DNA of 64,000 nucleotides from Betaproteobacteria bacterium (GCA_025362735.1 JANYFL010000034.1:3061-67060); one strand, 5' to 3'; shown: positions 7,241-16,667, numbered from the stretch's first letter. Notes: generated from the sequence alone by a model not told the origin. Made by a program: numbers and translations.

Positions 7241-9346
7241 TTAAAACTGCGTACTCAATGTCATACGGAAAGTGCGTGGTTCGACCGGATGAAAGTGAAG
7301 ATCATCCACACCCGACAAGGACTCACCCGGTAAGCGGGAGGTGTAGTAATAGTCAATATCACTGGCCTTGCGGTTAAACAGGTTGAAGATATCGAGTGAA
7401 ACTTTCCAGTCCTGATTGATCTTATAACCTATCCGTGCATAGGCGAGAGAAGTCGATTTGGATCGCTGACTATTGTCTTCAATCAGTGGACGCGGGCCGA
7501 AGTAGCGCACCTGAAACTGCCCAAACCACGGGCCAAACTCGGTCAGGGTAACGCCCAAAGACGCAACCTTATTGACTGCACCCGGCACATAATTGCCGAC
7601 TGGATCGTCTTCAGTAAAGTGCGCCTGCGAAAGTGCCAGGTCGAAGTCGACCAGCAACCAGGGCCGCACAATATAGTGGTTGTTCCATTCAATCCCGGTG
7701 CGCTTGCTGGGGCGATTGGGTTCGGTTTCGGCCGCGTCCCCGGAGAAGACGAGTTCCGAATCCAGTTTGAGCTGCCACAGTGCCACCGAACTTTGCAGAC
7801 CGGGAATGATTTCGGTACGCGCACCGAATTCAAAACCTCTGGTCTTGACCAACAGGCTGGCTGGGTCAATCGGTGTCAGTGACCTGGGAGAAACCGTCGA
7901 AGTCACACCACGTGCATCGTTACTGTGAAAGCTCTCACCATAGTTGGCGAACAACTCGGTCTTCTTCCACGGCCCGAGAATCAGTGAGAGCTTGGGTGAG
8001 GTGATGCTGGCGTCCTTGTGGCCGGAATTGCCAGGGACATTACTTTCGACATCGACTTTCATCAGGTCGTGACGAATACCAGCAATACTGCGCAACCAGG
8101 GTTGCCACTGCAGGGTATTTTCGAAATAGAGACCGGCACTGGTTTGTCGCACGGGCCCTTCCTGGACGGTGTTGAGGCGTACACGATCAAGCGTGTCATA
8201 CAAGCCTAGTTGACTGATCCGATCCTGCCTTACCTGTATGCCAAACTTGTTGATCGTCTCCATCCCGGAAAGTTTGCCCATCCATGACTGGCTGGTGTCG
8301 AAACCAAACACACGGCGGCGCTCAGCCTGCTCAACCTGATCACCGTTGACCGGATCGTTCAGGAAGTAAGTGAAGTCGCCAAAAAGATTCAGGCGTGACT
8401 GGATCGCATACGCTTTCAATTCGAACACGCCATCTTCTTGAACATATTGCGTAGCGAAGGAAAGGCTGTAGCGGGCCGTATCGCCGCCATCGGTCGGGCT
8501 GATCGTGCCAAAACGATCAATCAGGCCCTGATCCACTGCTCTCTGCGGAATCTGGTCGGTTGCATTCCACTTGGCTTGATAGGCCATTGCTGTAATGGTT
8601 GTTGGGTGATCACTAGAGCCGAAGCTGTAGCGCAGCAAGCCGTTAAGTTTGTGAAAATGTTCGGGAACATCCCATGGCCCGTTGTTGTGAACAGCTTCCA
8701 GTCCATACAGCAGGTTACCGGTAGGCAAAACCGTAGAGTTCACCACCACAACGCGGCCATATTCGCCTTCACCCACGGTCAAAGAGGCAATGCCCTTGGG
8801 CAGAGTATTGGCAAAGTTGATCCGTGCCGAACCCGCAGAGGAAAAATCGCCCTCCCCAGCGTAATACGGGCCTTTCTTGTAGTCGATGCGGCTGACCACT
8901 TCGGGGATCATGAAATTGATGTCGCTATACCCAATGCCATGTGCATGAGAGGGCATGTTGACCGGCATGCCATCAATGAAAGTAGCGAAGTCAGTGCCAT
9001 GATCGAGATTGAAACCGCGCAGGAAATACTGGTTGGCTTTGCCGTCACCGCTGTGCTGGGTCACAATCAAGCCCGGCACGAATTCGAGAATTTCGCCCGC
9101 GCGTAATACGGGACGACTGGCAATCAACTGTGCCGTCACGCTGCCTTGGCTGGCAGCATCAGAAGTGCCGATTGCATTCAGATAATTTCCCTGAATTTCA
9201 ATTTTTTTAAGAGTCTCGAAAGACTGTGACGCGGTTGCATTTTTATTCTGTGCCAACAGTTGCGGTGTATCCGTCTCAGCAGCGCGAGCGCCAAAAAGGA
9301 TGAAACCCGTACCCAGCAATGTGGCCAGTTTGGTCAGTTGAAACAT
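7241..9346 (-). CDS. TonB-dependent receptor (701 aa)
   Basis: It has a signal peptide, plug motifs (EFVPGLIVTQHSGDGKANQYFLRGFNLDHGTDF) and a C-terminal ...RTFRMTLSTQF with a terminal Phe. Confidence 0.9.
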   Translation of the reverse strand: MFQLTKLATLLGTGFILFGARAAETDTPQLLAQNKNATASQSFETLKKIEIQGNYLNAIGTSDAASQGSVTAQLIASRPVLRAGEILEFVPGLIVTQHSGDGKANQYFLRGFNLDHGTDFATFIDGMPVNMPSHAHGIGYSDINFMIPEVVSRIDYKKGPYYAGEGDFSSAGSARINFANTLPKGIASLTVGEGEYGRVVVVNSTVLPTGNLLYGLEAVHNNGPWDVPEHFHKLNGLLRYSFGSSDHPTTITAMAYQAKWNATDQIPQRAVDQGLIDRFGTISPTDGGDTARYSLSFATQYVQEDGVFELKAYAIQSRLNLFGDFTYFLNDPVNGDQVEQAERRRVFGFDTSQSWMGKLSGMETINKFGIQVRQDRISQLGLYDTLDRVRLNTVQEGPVRQTSAGLYFENTLQWQPWLRSIAGIRHDLMKVDVESNVPGNSGHKDASITSPKLSLILGPWKKTELFANYGESFHSNDARGVTSTVSPRSLTPIDPASLLVKTRGFEFGARTEIIPGLQSSVALWQLKLDSELVFSGDAAETEPNRPSKRTGIEWNNHYIVRPWLLVDFDLALSQAHFTEDDPVGNYVPGAVNKVASLGVTLTEFGPWFGQFQVRYFGPRPLIEDNSQRSKSTSLAYARIGYKINQDWKVSLDIFNLFNRKASDIDYYYTSRLPGESLSGVDDLHFHPVEPRTFRMTLSTQF

Positions 9347-9490
9347 GGGTTTTCTTTATTTTTAATAACTCAAGCAGCCGCTTTAGAAAGCGCCACACTT
9401 TTATTGTTTGATAAAAGCTTGATATCAAAGCGATGAAACGCCACTAAAGCGAGCGGCGCGAACTGCAGCGCTGAATCAATGAATGGATAC

Positions 9491-10102
9491 TCACTTTTTA
9501 GCCGTTGCTTTTTTGTTTTCCGGATATACCGGGATTTTCTGGCCGGGATACCAGAACTGCAGGTGGCAGGCTTCGCAAACTCCATCAATATTCCCGCCTA
9601 CGGTCACGAGCGCTTCCGCATTTTTGGCATCAATCGCAGCAAGTGCTTGTGTCGTCACGTCATGCAAGGCATGCGCATGGGCGATAAATGCAGGTCTGTT
9701 GGCATCGATCAGTTTTTGGATTTCAATCGGTTCCAGCTCGTCTTTCACCTCTGATTTCGTACCAGGGGGGGCAACCTGGCGGCCCTCAATTAACAGCAGA
9801 TTGGTCGCTTCAATCAGCGTAAGGGCATGGCGCCGGACCGCTTTCCACTCTTCATCCGTATGGGGCTGATTTTCGACTAGACCCTTCTTGCTGGTTTCTG
9901 TACTGACTGCATTCCAGACGCCATCGGCGGAAGGATCGATCACTGCATCCATCAGTTCCTTGATGCTGGCCGTTGGTCTGAACGGTGTTTCTTGAGCCGG
10001 GTTTGCAGCGGTGGTGGCAGACGTTTTCTGACCGCAACCACTAACACTGGAAAGAATGAGCAAGACGATCCCGGCTGATAAAGCCGATGTTCTGATTTTC
10101 AT
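9491..10102 (-). CDS. Lipoprotein with a class II (cytochrome c'-like) heme c domain
   Basis: It has a lipobox (LSSVSGC) and a predicted helical body. A single CxxCH (CEACH) lies ~20 aa from the C-terminus, the class II cytochrome c arrangement. Confidence 0.6.
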   Translation of the reverse strand: MKIRTSALSAGIVLLILSSVSGCGQKTSATTAANPAQETPFRPTASIKELMDAVIDPSADGVWNAVSTETSKKGLVENQPHTDEEWKAVRRHALTLIEATNLLLIEGRQVAPPGTKSEVKDELEPIEIQKLIDANRPAFIAHAHALHDVTTQALAAIDAKNAEALVTVGGNIDGVCEACHLQFWYPGQKIPVYPENKKATAKK

Positions 10103-10120
10103 GTTGATTCCGATACTGAT

Positions 10121-10597
10121 TTAAACGACAAAGCCGATGGCACGGCCTGCCAGTCCGACGCCAAACCACAGGCTGAGCGAGAGCAGGGCTGTGGTTCTGG
10201 CAAGAACGGGGTTTGGCTTTTCCAGCGTGGTCACTTTTTTCAGTAAAGTGAACTGCAAGGTAACTGCGAGAGCCAGCAGGGTCATTTTTGGCCAGAACGC
10301 GCTATTCATGTCGTATCTCAACAAACCGGAAAGAAAAATGGTCAGTCCGGTGGACACTGCCACGAACAAGCCAGTCAATACAAAAGGTCTGGCCGACTGC
10401 GCTACTTCCGGCACGCTTTGTCGCCGCAAACCTACGCCCAGCAGCCTCAGATTAATGAGCAATACGCCGGTCAACAAAAGGAGCAGGCCGAGGACATGAA
10501 ACACTTCGACGATTTCGATGACACGGTGATCGGACTCACGCAGAAAATAGAGGGGCGGCGTTTGAGACAGCCAGTGAAATAGTTCAGCTTTGGTCAT
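10121..10597 (-). CDS. 4-TM integral membrane protein of unknown function (DUF6644-like, paralog B)
   Basis: It has four hydrophobic segments. The TM1 motif VEVFHVLGLLLLLTGVLLINLRLLG is shared with the adjacent gene. The start was chosen at internal ATG 10597 (MTKAELFHWL...). Confidence 0.55.
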   Translation of the reverse strand: MTKAELFHWLSQTPPLYFLRESDHRVIEIVEVFHVLGLLLLLTGVLLINLRLLGVGLRRQSVPEVAQSARPFVLTGLFVAVSTGLTIFLSGLLRYDMNSAFWPKMTLLALAVTLQFTLLKKVTTLEKPNPVLARTTALLSLSLWFGVGLAGRAIGFVV

Positions 10598-10626
10598 GGC
10601 AATTGGTTTCAGCTCAAGAGTAGTGA

Positions 10627-11124
10627 TTAAAAGTGAGGGTAATAGGCGTAGAGACGTCCCAGCACAATGGTGGTCGTCCAGAAGCTCAACGATACCCATG
10701 CGGCGGCTCGAACGCCGATGGGGAAAGTTTCACGCTGACCCCATTCCGCCACACGCCGCCCCAGACGAAATTCGAACAGCAGGGCGTTGATACCGGCCAC
10801 CACAATCAGCAATGCTTTCAGACGAAAGATGTTGCTCTCGTAGAGTGTGGCTGCGACCGGCCAGAACAGCAGGCCACCGGAGATGAAGGTCAGAATAAAA
10901 CCAGCGACCAGCCAGGGCCGTAACTGATCCAGAATATCAGCCACCGGTACGCCCCGCTGATAGACCCCAATCAGCCGCAGATCGGTCAGCAAGACAAGAC
11001 CAACCGAGAGCGCCAGCCCCAGCAGATGGATTCCCTCAACAAATGGATACAGGTAGCGTGATCCCAGAAAGGCTTCACCGAGTTCGGTGTTTTCCAGCCA
11101 TTGGCATAGTTCGAACAAAGTCAT
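10627..11124 (-). CDS. 4-TM integral membrane protein of unknown function (DUF6644-like, paralog A)
   Basis: MTLFELCQWLENTELG...VEGIHLLGLALSVGLVLLTDLRLIG is followed by further hydrophobic segments. It is a paralog of 10121..10597. Confidence 0.6.
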   Translation of the reverse strand: MTLFELCQWLENTELGEAFLGSRYLYPFVEGIHLLGLALSVGLVLLTDLRLIGVYQRGVPVADILDQLRPWLVAGFILTFISGGLLFWPVAATLYESNIFRLKALLIVVAGINALLFEFRLGRRVAEWGQRETFPIGVRAAAWVSLSFWTTTIVLGRLYAYYPHF

Positions 11125-11144
11125 AATTTATCCCTCGCTGTGAT

Positions 11145-14003
11145 TTAAAGTTTGCCGCTGAAGACAAAGCCAAACCAACGGGGTAGACCCGGGGTCGTAC
11201 TGTTCCAGCTTTGTGCAACGTTGTAATTGGTATTGAGCAAGTTCTTTACGAGGAAGTTAAAGTCGTAAAGCCGGTCGCGGCGACCCAGTCCGATCGAAAA
11301 ATCAACCAGACCATAGGCATTGACCCAGGCATAACTGGACTGGGCGGCATCCGAGTTGAAACGGCTCTTGTAGTTGTAGTTCAGATTGGTATGGAAGACC
11401 TTGTCGTTCAGTACCGGCAGGCTGTAATCGACCGACAGATTGGCGGTGAACCTCGGTGCGTTCGCCAGGGTCTGGCCCTTGGCGTCATAGAACCTGACCG
11501 GCAGATTGCCCTTTTCGACGGGATTAGACAGCAGGATCGAATCCTTGTAATAGGCATCGTTAAAGGAGCTGGCCAGTCGCACCGTGGTATGTTGGATGCC
11601 AGTATACGAAGCATCGATTTCCAGACCGCGGATTTCCACCAGGGGCGCGTTGCCGGTAATGCTGGTGTAAGTCGGGATGCCCGTGTTGGCCGTCAGGACA
11701 GGGTCAAGGATGTTGACCGATTGCTGGAAGTTTTTCAGTCGATCCAGAAAGACATCGGCATTCAGGGTCAAGGTATTGTTGAACTGCGAGGTCTTCAAAC
11801 CCAGCTCGAATGCGTTGGATGTTTCCGGCAAGGTCAAGAAGGAACGGGGTACGCCATTGAGTGTTCCGCTGATCTGCGAGATGCCTGCCTTGGCCCCATG
11901 CTGCCATGATCCATAGGTCGTCAGGCTGTCATTGAGCTTGTAGCTCAGACTGATATTCCCGGTGGTCAGGTTGCCCTGATAGGGTTGCGCCGCGGTGGTA
12001 TTGAACAGGCCGTTATAGGCTTGTGCGGCGCGAATGGCCTGGGCCTGTGTGACCTGGGTTTTTTGCGCGGCAGTCAGGCCGGCATAGGCCGCGCCCGGGA
12101 TAGCGGTAATCGGCGCGCCAAAATATTGATTCGCCAATCGATCTGCCGCGCTTAACTGAGTAGAATTATTGGCGGCCTGCAGACCCGCCAGATTGGCAGC
12201 CGAGGTAAAGCCGCCGTATGCAGCCGGGTTGAGCAGTGAACCGAAGCCGCTGTCTGAAATCAGTTTGTTGACCGAGGTACGCCGATCTTCATTGGTGTAG
12301 CGCAGACCAGTGGTCAGGGTTAGCGGCTCGCTCAGATGCCAATCGGCCTGACCGTAAACCGCGGCACTTTTGTTGTCGGTGTAGGTTGTGCTGGTCGCAT
12401 AAACGTGATCAAGCGAGTCTTTCAGCAATGCCCGACCGCTACCAAAATCGCTGGTGTTCGGATCAAGCGGGTTATATTGCGCCGTCGTCGCAAACCAGGC
12501 CCCCGCATCGGAACCGTAAAAGGTACGCGTATTCGCATCCGACTTGGTATGAATCCAGAACAGACCGCCGGTGTAATCGACGAAGCCACCTGGATTGGAA
12601 GTCAGACGCAACTCTTGACTGACCTGCTTGTAATGCACAAACAAACCTGCATCGCGCGTGATATCGAATGGCGTACCGTCGTCATTGGCCGCTTGAAAGA
12701 AATTGTTCTTGAAAGCGGTAATCGAGGTCAAAAGAAAATTAGGCAGCTTCCAGTTCAATTGAGCCGAGGCACCCTTGTTGCCGTTCAGGATCCCGCGGTT
12801 ATCGTCTTCATTGACGGGATCACTGTAGTACCTTGAAAGGCTGTAACTGGAGACCGCGGTGAAATAGCGCCGCTGCAAAGCGACCTGAGCGCCCGAGGTC
12901 AGCGGGATGATGCTGCCGTCGGCATAAGTCAAAGGTTGTGCAAATCGGAACGTAAGGCCGTTGACCCATTCGATGCCCTTGGGTTTGAAGTCTGCGCTGA
13001 ACAGGGCACTGAAATCCTTGTTCGGCGTCAGCAGGAACTGGACGCGTCCATAGCTGCGGTCGGTATTGGTATAGCTGGTGCGATCCTCAATGGGCTTGAA
13101 CTGGTTCATGTAGAAGCCTTCTTGCTGGTTTCTGTAGAACGTGCCGCGCCATGCCAATACATCATCCACTACCGCCCCGCCGAATGCTGCCTGCGTAATC
13201 AGGGCATTTTGCTGCCCGAAAGTGATCGAGGCATTGGCTTCCGGTGTGAATGTTGGCTTGTTGGTCGTAATGTTGATTGTGCCCATGCTGGTGTTCTTGC
13301 CACCAGTGGAACCTTGCGGGCCACGGGTTACGTCAATGGTGGCGACATCGATATAGTCGGAACCACTGGCGAGTGCAACGTATGCATAGGGCACGCCATC
13401 CACATTCACGCCCAGACTCGGGTCGATCTGTTCCGTACTGCCAGCGCTGACGCCGCGAATCGACAGGCTGCCAGTCTTGGGATTGCCATAGTTCCACTGG
13501 ACGTTGCCAATGCGTTTGAGAATATCCGTTACGTTGAGGGCTCCGGTCTTTTCCAGTTCGGCACCGGTGACGACCGAAATCGATTTGGGGACATCCTGAA
13601 GTTGAACCAGCGGGTTCGGCGCTCGAATGACGACCTTCTCCAGACTCTGTTGCGCCTCTGCTTGCGAAGCAGTGGCAGCCTGATTGGTGGTGCTGGTGGT
13701 TTGCGATCCGGCCACAGCATTCGCATTGGTCGTGGTTGTCTGTATTCCAGTCTGTCCGCTTTGCTGGGCATTGATCTGTAGCTGCAGCTTGTCCACGATT
13801 TGTTTCAGGCGCGCGTTTTCGCTTTGCAAATCTGCAAAGGCCTTGTCATCTGCCGCATGGACATTCATCGCGGTACCAATTGCGGTCGCGGCAAACAAGG
13901 CGGCCATCACACTGACCGACAATTTGCTGCGGCGACCGATCACGGCAAGAGGCTGTTGCAGCATGTTCAAGCTGGTTGAATTCATACTGGTTCGATTAAT
14001 CAT
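11145..14003 (-). CDS. TonB-dependent receptor (952 aa) with an unusual N-terminal coiled-coil/low-complexity extension
   Basis: It has plug motifs (ISVVTGAELEK..., DVTRGPQGSTGGKNTSMGTINI), a long barrel and a C-terminal ...RWFGFVFSGKL. Confidence 0.9.
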   Translation of the reverse strand: MINRTSMNSTSLNMLQQPLAVIGRRSKLSVSVMAALFAATAIGTAMNVHAADDKAFADLQSENARLKQIVDKLQLQINAQQSGQTGIQTTTTNANAVAGSQTTSTTNQAATASQAEAQQSLEKVVIRAPNPLVQLQDVPKSISVVTGAELEKTGALNVTDILKRIGNVQWNYGNPKTGSLSIRGVSAGSTEQIDPSLGVNVDGVPYAYVALASGSDYIDVATIDVTRGPQGSTGGKNTSMGTINITTNKPTFTPEANASITFGQQNALITQAAFGGAVVDDVLAWRGTFYRNQQEGFYMNQFKPIEDRTSYTNTDRSYGRVQFLLTPNKDFSALFSADFKPKGIEWVNGLTFRFAQPLTYADGSIIPLTSGAQVALQRRYFTAVSSYSLSRYYSDPVNEDDNRGILNGNKGASAQLNWKLPNFLLTSITAFKNNFFQAANDDGTPFDITRDAGLFVHYKQVSQELRLTSNPGGFVDYTGGLFWIHTKSDANTRTFYGSDAGAWFATTAQYNPLDPNTSDFGSGRALLKDSLDHVYATSTTYTDNKSAAVYGQADWHLSEPLTLTTGLRYTNEDRRTSVNKLISDSGFGSLLNPAAYGGFTSAANLAGLQAANNSTQLSAADRLANQYFGAPITAIPGAAYAGLTAAQKTQVTQAQAIRAAQAYNGLFNTTAAQPYQGNLTTGNISLSYKLNDSLTTYGSWQHGAKAGISQISGTLNGVPRSFLTLPETSNAFELGLKTSQFNNTLTLNADVFLDRLKNFQQSVNILDPVLTANTGIPTYTSITGNAPLVEIRGLEIDASYTGIQHTTVRLASSFNDAYYKDSILLSNPVEKGNLPVRFYDAKGQTLANAPRFTANLSVDYSLPVLNDKVFHTNLNYNYKSRFNSDAAQSSYAWVNAYGLVDFSIGLGRRDRLYDFNFLVKNLLNTNYNVAQSWNSTTPGLPRWFGFVFSGKL

Positions 14004-14142
14004 TACTTCCCCTCAATCTAGAAAATTGAAAATTTCGATGCATTACTTCTGAACAATGCAGCAGCGCCAGGTCCATCGGCGTGGCTATACCGCAGTCGGC
14101 GAAAATGGTTGCGCGACACTTGTTTCGAGATCAAACATAGAG

Positions 14143-14170
14143 AAGGGTGGCCTCTTAAAAGCCACCCTTG
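14143..14170 (-). terminator. Hairpin downstream of gene 14199..15170 (possible terminator or attenuator)
   Basis: The sequence is AAGGGTGGC-CTCTTAAAA-GCCACCCTT. On the minus strand it is followed by a moderately U-rich stretch. Confidence 0.35.
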
Positions 14171-14198
14171 TACTCATTACGTCATGGATGACTCAGGA

Positions 14199-15170
14199 CT
14201 ATTTGGCAGCACGGCCAAAGCCGCCGTTGTTCTCGACGCAGATCCGTTCATAAGCCTCGTGAAGAAGTGGCTTGCCCGGATTGTTCGCCACGGCCACTTC
14301 GTAGTGCCAGCCGCCCGGCTTGTCTGCTTCGGTGTAACGGCGAGCAGGAATGGTGGCGGTCCAGGGTCGCGTATAAACGGGCGGGTCGTCAAAGGTGGCG
14401 ACGTAGTTGTAGCGCTTGTTGTCGTTATCGAAGATGTAGCGCTCGACGACGTGAACATTGTCGCTGGCAAATGCGCCTTCACGGCCAAAAAGGGCCTTCG
14501 CATTGTTATTGCTCACATCGACGACCAGGGTATTGCCTTCCCAGTGACCGCGTGAATCGGCATTCCATAATTTGATGTTTTCCGGAAGATGCGGCTTGCC
14601 ATCCAGATGAATGACCCGGCTGCCCGAGCCGAAGATGAATAAGACATAGTTTGGAAACTGACGAATCTCGTAACCGTGCCAGTAGAACGACTTCGGTACA
14701 CCAGCTGGTGCGCAACGGGCCAGCGGCTCGATATGTTCCGGCTTGCTGGGTTTGTTGAAGTTGGCTTTGAAGTCCTGCTGCGCAGCCAGAGCCCAAGGCT
14801 GGAAAGGAATTTCACCGCTGGCTGGATCGCTCACGCGGCTCGGTGCGCGTTCTTCACGCGGCCCCAATTTAATTGGCCGTGCAGGATCGTTGGTGCCGCC
14901 CTGTGGATCAGTGAAATTGTTGTGGTTGGCGATGGTGTTGGACCAGAAGCCTGATACATCCGGCTGTCCGTCCGGCAGATACTTGCCAGTCCATTTTCCG
15001 GAAAGAATGACAGGTACCGTTTTGGATATGGAGATACCACCACCTTGCGGTGCAGCTTGCTGTCTTTGCTGCCCTTGTTGGGCAAAACTTGCAGCGCTGG
15101 GGGCAAGCACTAGCGCGATAAGCAGCAGACCTGCGCTGTGAAACTTGTGCTGACTAAATTTGCTTTTCAT
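14199..15170 (-). CDS. Secreted protein of unknown function (323 aa), paralog of 15258..16187
   Basis: It has a signal peptide (LLLIALVLAPSAASFAQQ). It shares blocks with its neighbour: GQPDVSGFW, RVIHLDGKPH, DSRGHWEGNTLVVDVSN, VHVVERY and DDPPVYTRPWT. Confidence 0.7.
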   Translation of the reverse strand: MKSKFSQHKFHSAGLLLIALVLAPSAASFAQQGQQRQQAAPQGGGISISKTVPVILSGKWTGKYLPDGQPDVSGFWSNTIANHNNFTDPQGGTNDPARPIKLGPREERAPSRVSDPASGEIPFQPWALAAQQDFKANFNKPSKPEHIEPLARCAPAGVPKSFYWHGYEIRQFPNYVLFIFGSGSRVIHLDGKPHLPENIKLWNADSRGHWEGNTLVVDVSNNNAKALFGREGAFASDNVHVVERYIFDNDNKRYNYVATFDDPPVYTRPWTATIPARRYTEADKPGGWHYEVAVANNPGKPLLHEAYERICVENNGGFGRAAK

Positions 15171-15257
15171 AAAATCCTCACCTGCTTGAATATCCGATGT
15201 GTTGCGTGATGGTTGGCTGCATGAAAATCATTCCGGCAGCCGCTGAGAAATGACCAC

Positions 15258-16187
15258 TCAAGGCTTGGGCGGGTAGTACTGGTCATAGTCCAGCGTGAAG
15301 CCGTAGTTCTCGATCAACTGGAAGTTCTTTTCGCGATGACGATAAAGAATCACGCTGAGGGTCCAGGGGTGGCTGTAGACCTGAGGGTCATCAAGCGTGG
15401 CCTTGTATTCGATCGTATTGGCGTCGAGGAATTTCCAGCGTTCGACGACATGCAGGGCATCGCTGTGGAAATTACCGGCCCGATCCAGCCAGGTCTCGTC
15501 ATTGAAATTGGTGACGTCGACGACCAGCGTATCGCCTTCCCAATGTCCGCGCGAGTCACCGAGCCATAACTGGTTCGTCCCCTCCTGTTCCGGATCAGCA
15601 TGCAAAGTGCCATTGGTGTGGATGGTGCGTACCGACTGGCCGAACTCGAACAGCAGTGTCAGGTCACGGGGGCGCTGAAAAATCTGGAATGGCTCCGGAT
15701 AGTAGATGCCGCGCGGGGTGCCGAGGGTGTACCACTTCAAACGCGGATCAGCGGTCAGCCGTGCTTCAAAGTTTTTCTTTTTCTGCTCCAGCGCCTTGGG
15801 CAAATAGGGAATGAAATTCCCGTCAATGACACCGGCACTCGGCGGCGCATCTTTGCGAGTCGAATGGGGTTCGAGGTCATAGTCAGCAGCACTGGTGGTC
15901 TGCCAGATACCGGAGAAATCCGGTTTGCCATTCAGGCGCGGAATCTTGGCTTCGACTTTGCTTTCCGTCGTGGCCGTGGCCGCGCTTGCGCTCAAGAAGG
16001 CGCAGGGTGCCGTAACCAATAAGGTCGTCACAATGAGGCGTAAGCCTAGGTGCCAAAAACGTGATGGAGTTGACGGGCTCGCGTACGCCCCGTCTCCACT
16101 GAAGGATGGGGTTGTTGTGATGAGTGTGGTGTTCAAGGAATTCTCTCTTTGCGTGCATGAGCATGCCGGGGCGGATCTCCCCGGCAT
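15258..16187 (-). CDS. Secreted protein of unknown function (up to 309 aa), paralog of 14199..15170
   Basis: It carries the blocks GKPDFSGIW, RTIHTNGTLH, DSRGHWEGDTLVVDVTN, LHVVERW and DDPQVYSHPWT. The true start is probably downstream of ATG 16187, because a GC hairpin occupies 16164-16184 and the hydrophobic signal segment begins near LGLRLIVTTLLV. Confidence 0.65.
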   Translation of the reverse strand: MPGRSAPACSCTQRENSLNTTLITTTPSFSGDGAYASPSTPSRFWHLGLRLIVTTLLVTAPCAFLSASAATATTESKVEAKIPRLNGKPDFSGIWQTTSAADYDLEPHSTRKDAPPSAGVIDGNFIPYLPKALEQKKKNFEARLTADPRLKWYTLGTPRGIYYPEPFQIFQRPRDLTLLFEFGQSVRTIHTNGTLHADPEQEGTNQLWLGDSRGHWEGDTLVVDVTNFNDETWLDRAGNFHSDALHVVERWKFLDANTIEYKATLDDPQVYSHPWTLSVILYRHREKNFQLIENYGFTLDYDQYYPPKP

Positions 16188-16235
16188 TTTTTGTGAAGAA
16201 AGTGCCGTTGCCGGCCTGGGGTCAAACCCTAACGA

Positions 16236-16667
16236 TTACTGCGTCCGCGTTGCCGGTGCGGCTGTGGCATCCGGCGCGCCGCCCGTACTGAAACTGCGGC
16301 CATCGGCGAGGGTCACACCCGATGCATATCCATAGCTTTCACCGCTCTTGGAATAGAAGCCTTTAATAGTGACTTCGGTACCTGGTACCAAGTCGGTCTT
16401 CGATATCCCTCTTTGCGCCAGCGCATTGGGCGCAGCAAATTCAAAGCCCCAGTTGGCGACCTTCCCATCAGGCCCTTTGACATCGGCATACAGCCAGCTA
16501 TGCGGATTGACCCATTTGGCCTTGGTGACGGTGCCCTTGAGTTCAAAGGGCTTCTCACCGTCATACTCCGCTGAAAAGGCATGGTGGGCCATTGCTTGGG
16601 AAGCTATTCCTATAAGCCCCCCAATCAATGTCATGACCGCCAACATATTTTTTATCTTGATGTTCAT
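16236..16667 (-). CDS. DUF6152-like exported protein
   Basis: The signal peptide ends ...ASQAMA and is followed by HHAFSAEYD..., then TVTKAKWVNPHSWLYADVKGPDGKVANWGFEFAAPNALAQRG, which matches the DUF6152 pattern as I recall it. An alternative start lies at 16685. Confidence 0.6.
   Translation of the reverse strand: MNIKIKNMLAVMTLIGGLIGIASQAMAHHAFSAEYDGEKPFELKGTVTKAKWVNPHSWLYADVKGPDGKVANWGFEFAAPNALAQRGISKTDLVPGTEVTIKGFYSKSGESYGYASGVTLADGRSFSTGGAPDATAAPATRTQ

Noticed and set aside
16164-16190. The GC hairpin GCCGGGG-CGGATCT-CCCCGGC followed by ATTTTTT on the plus strand, which looks like a plus-strand terminator.
   Set aside because: No plus-strand gene ends upstream of it. On the minus strand, the coding strand here, it lacks a U-tract. 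It more likely marks an intercistronic stem and indicates that the real start of gene 15258..16187 lies downstream of ATG 16187.
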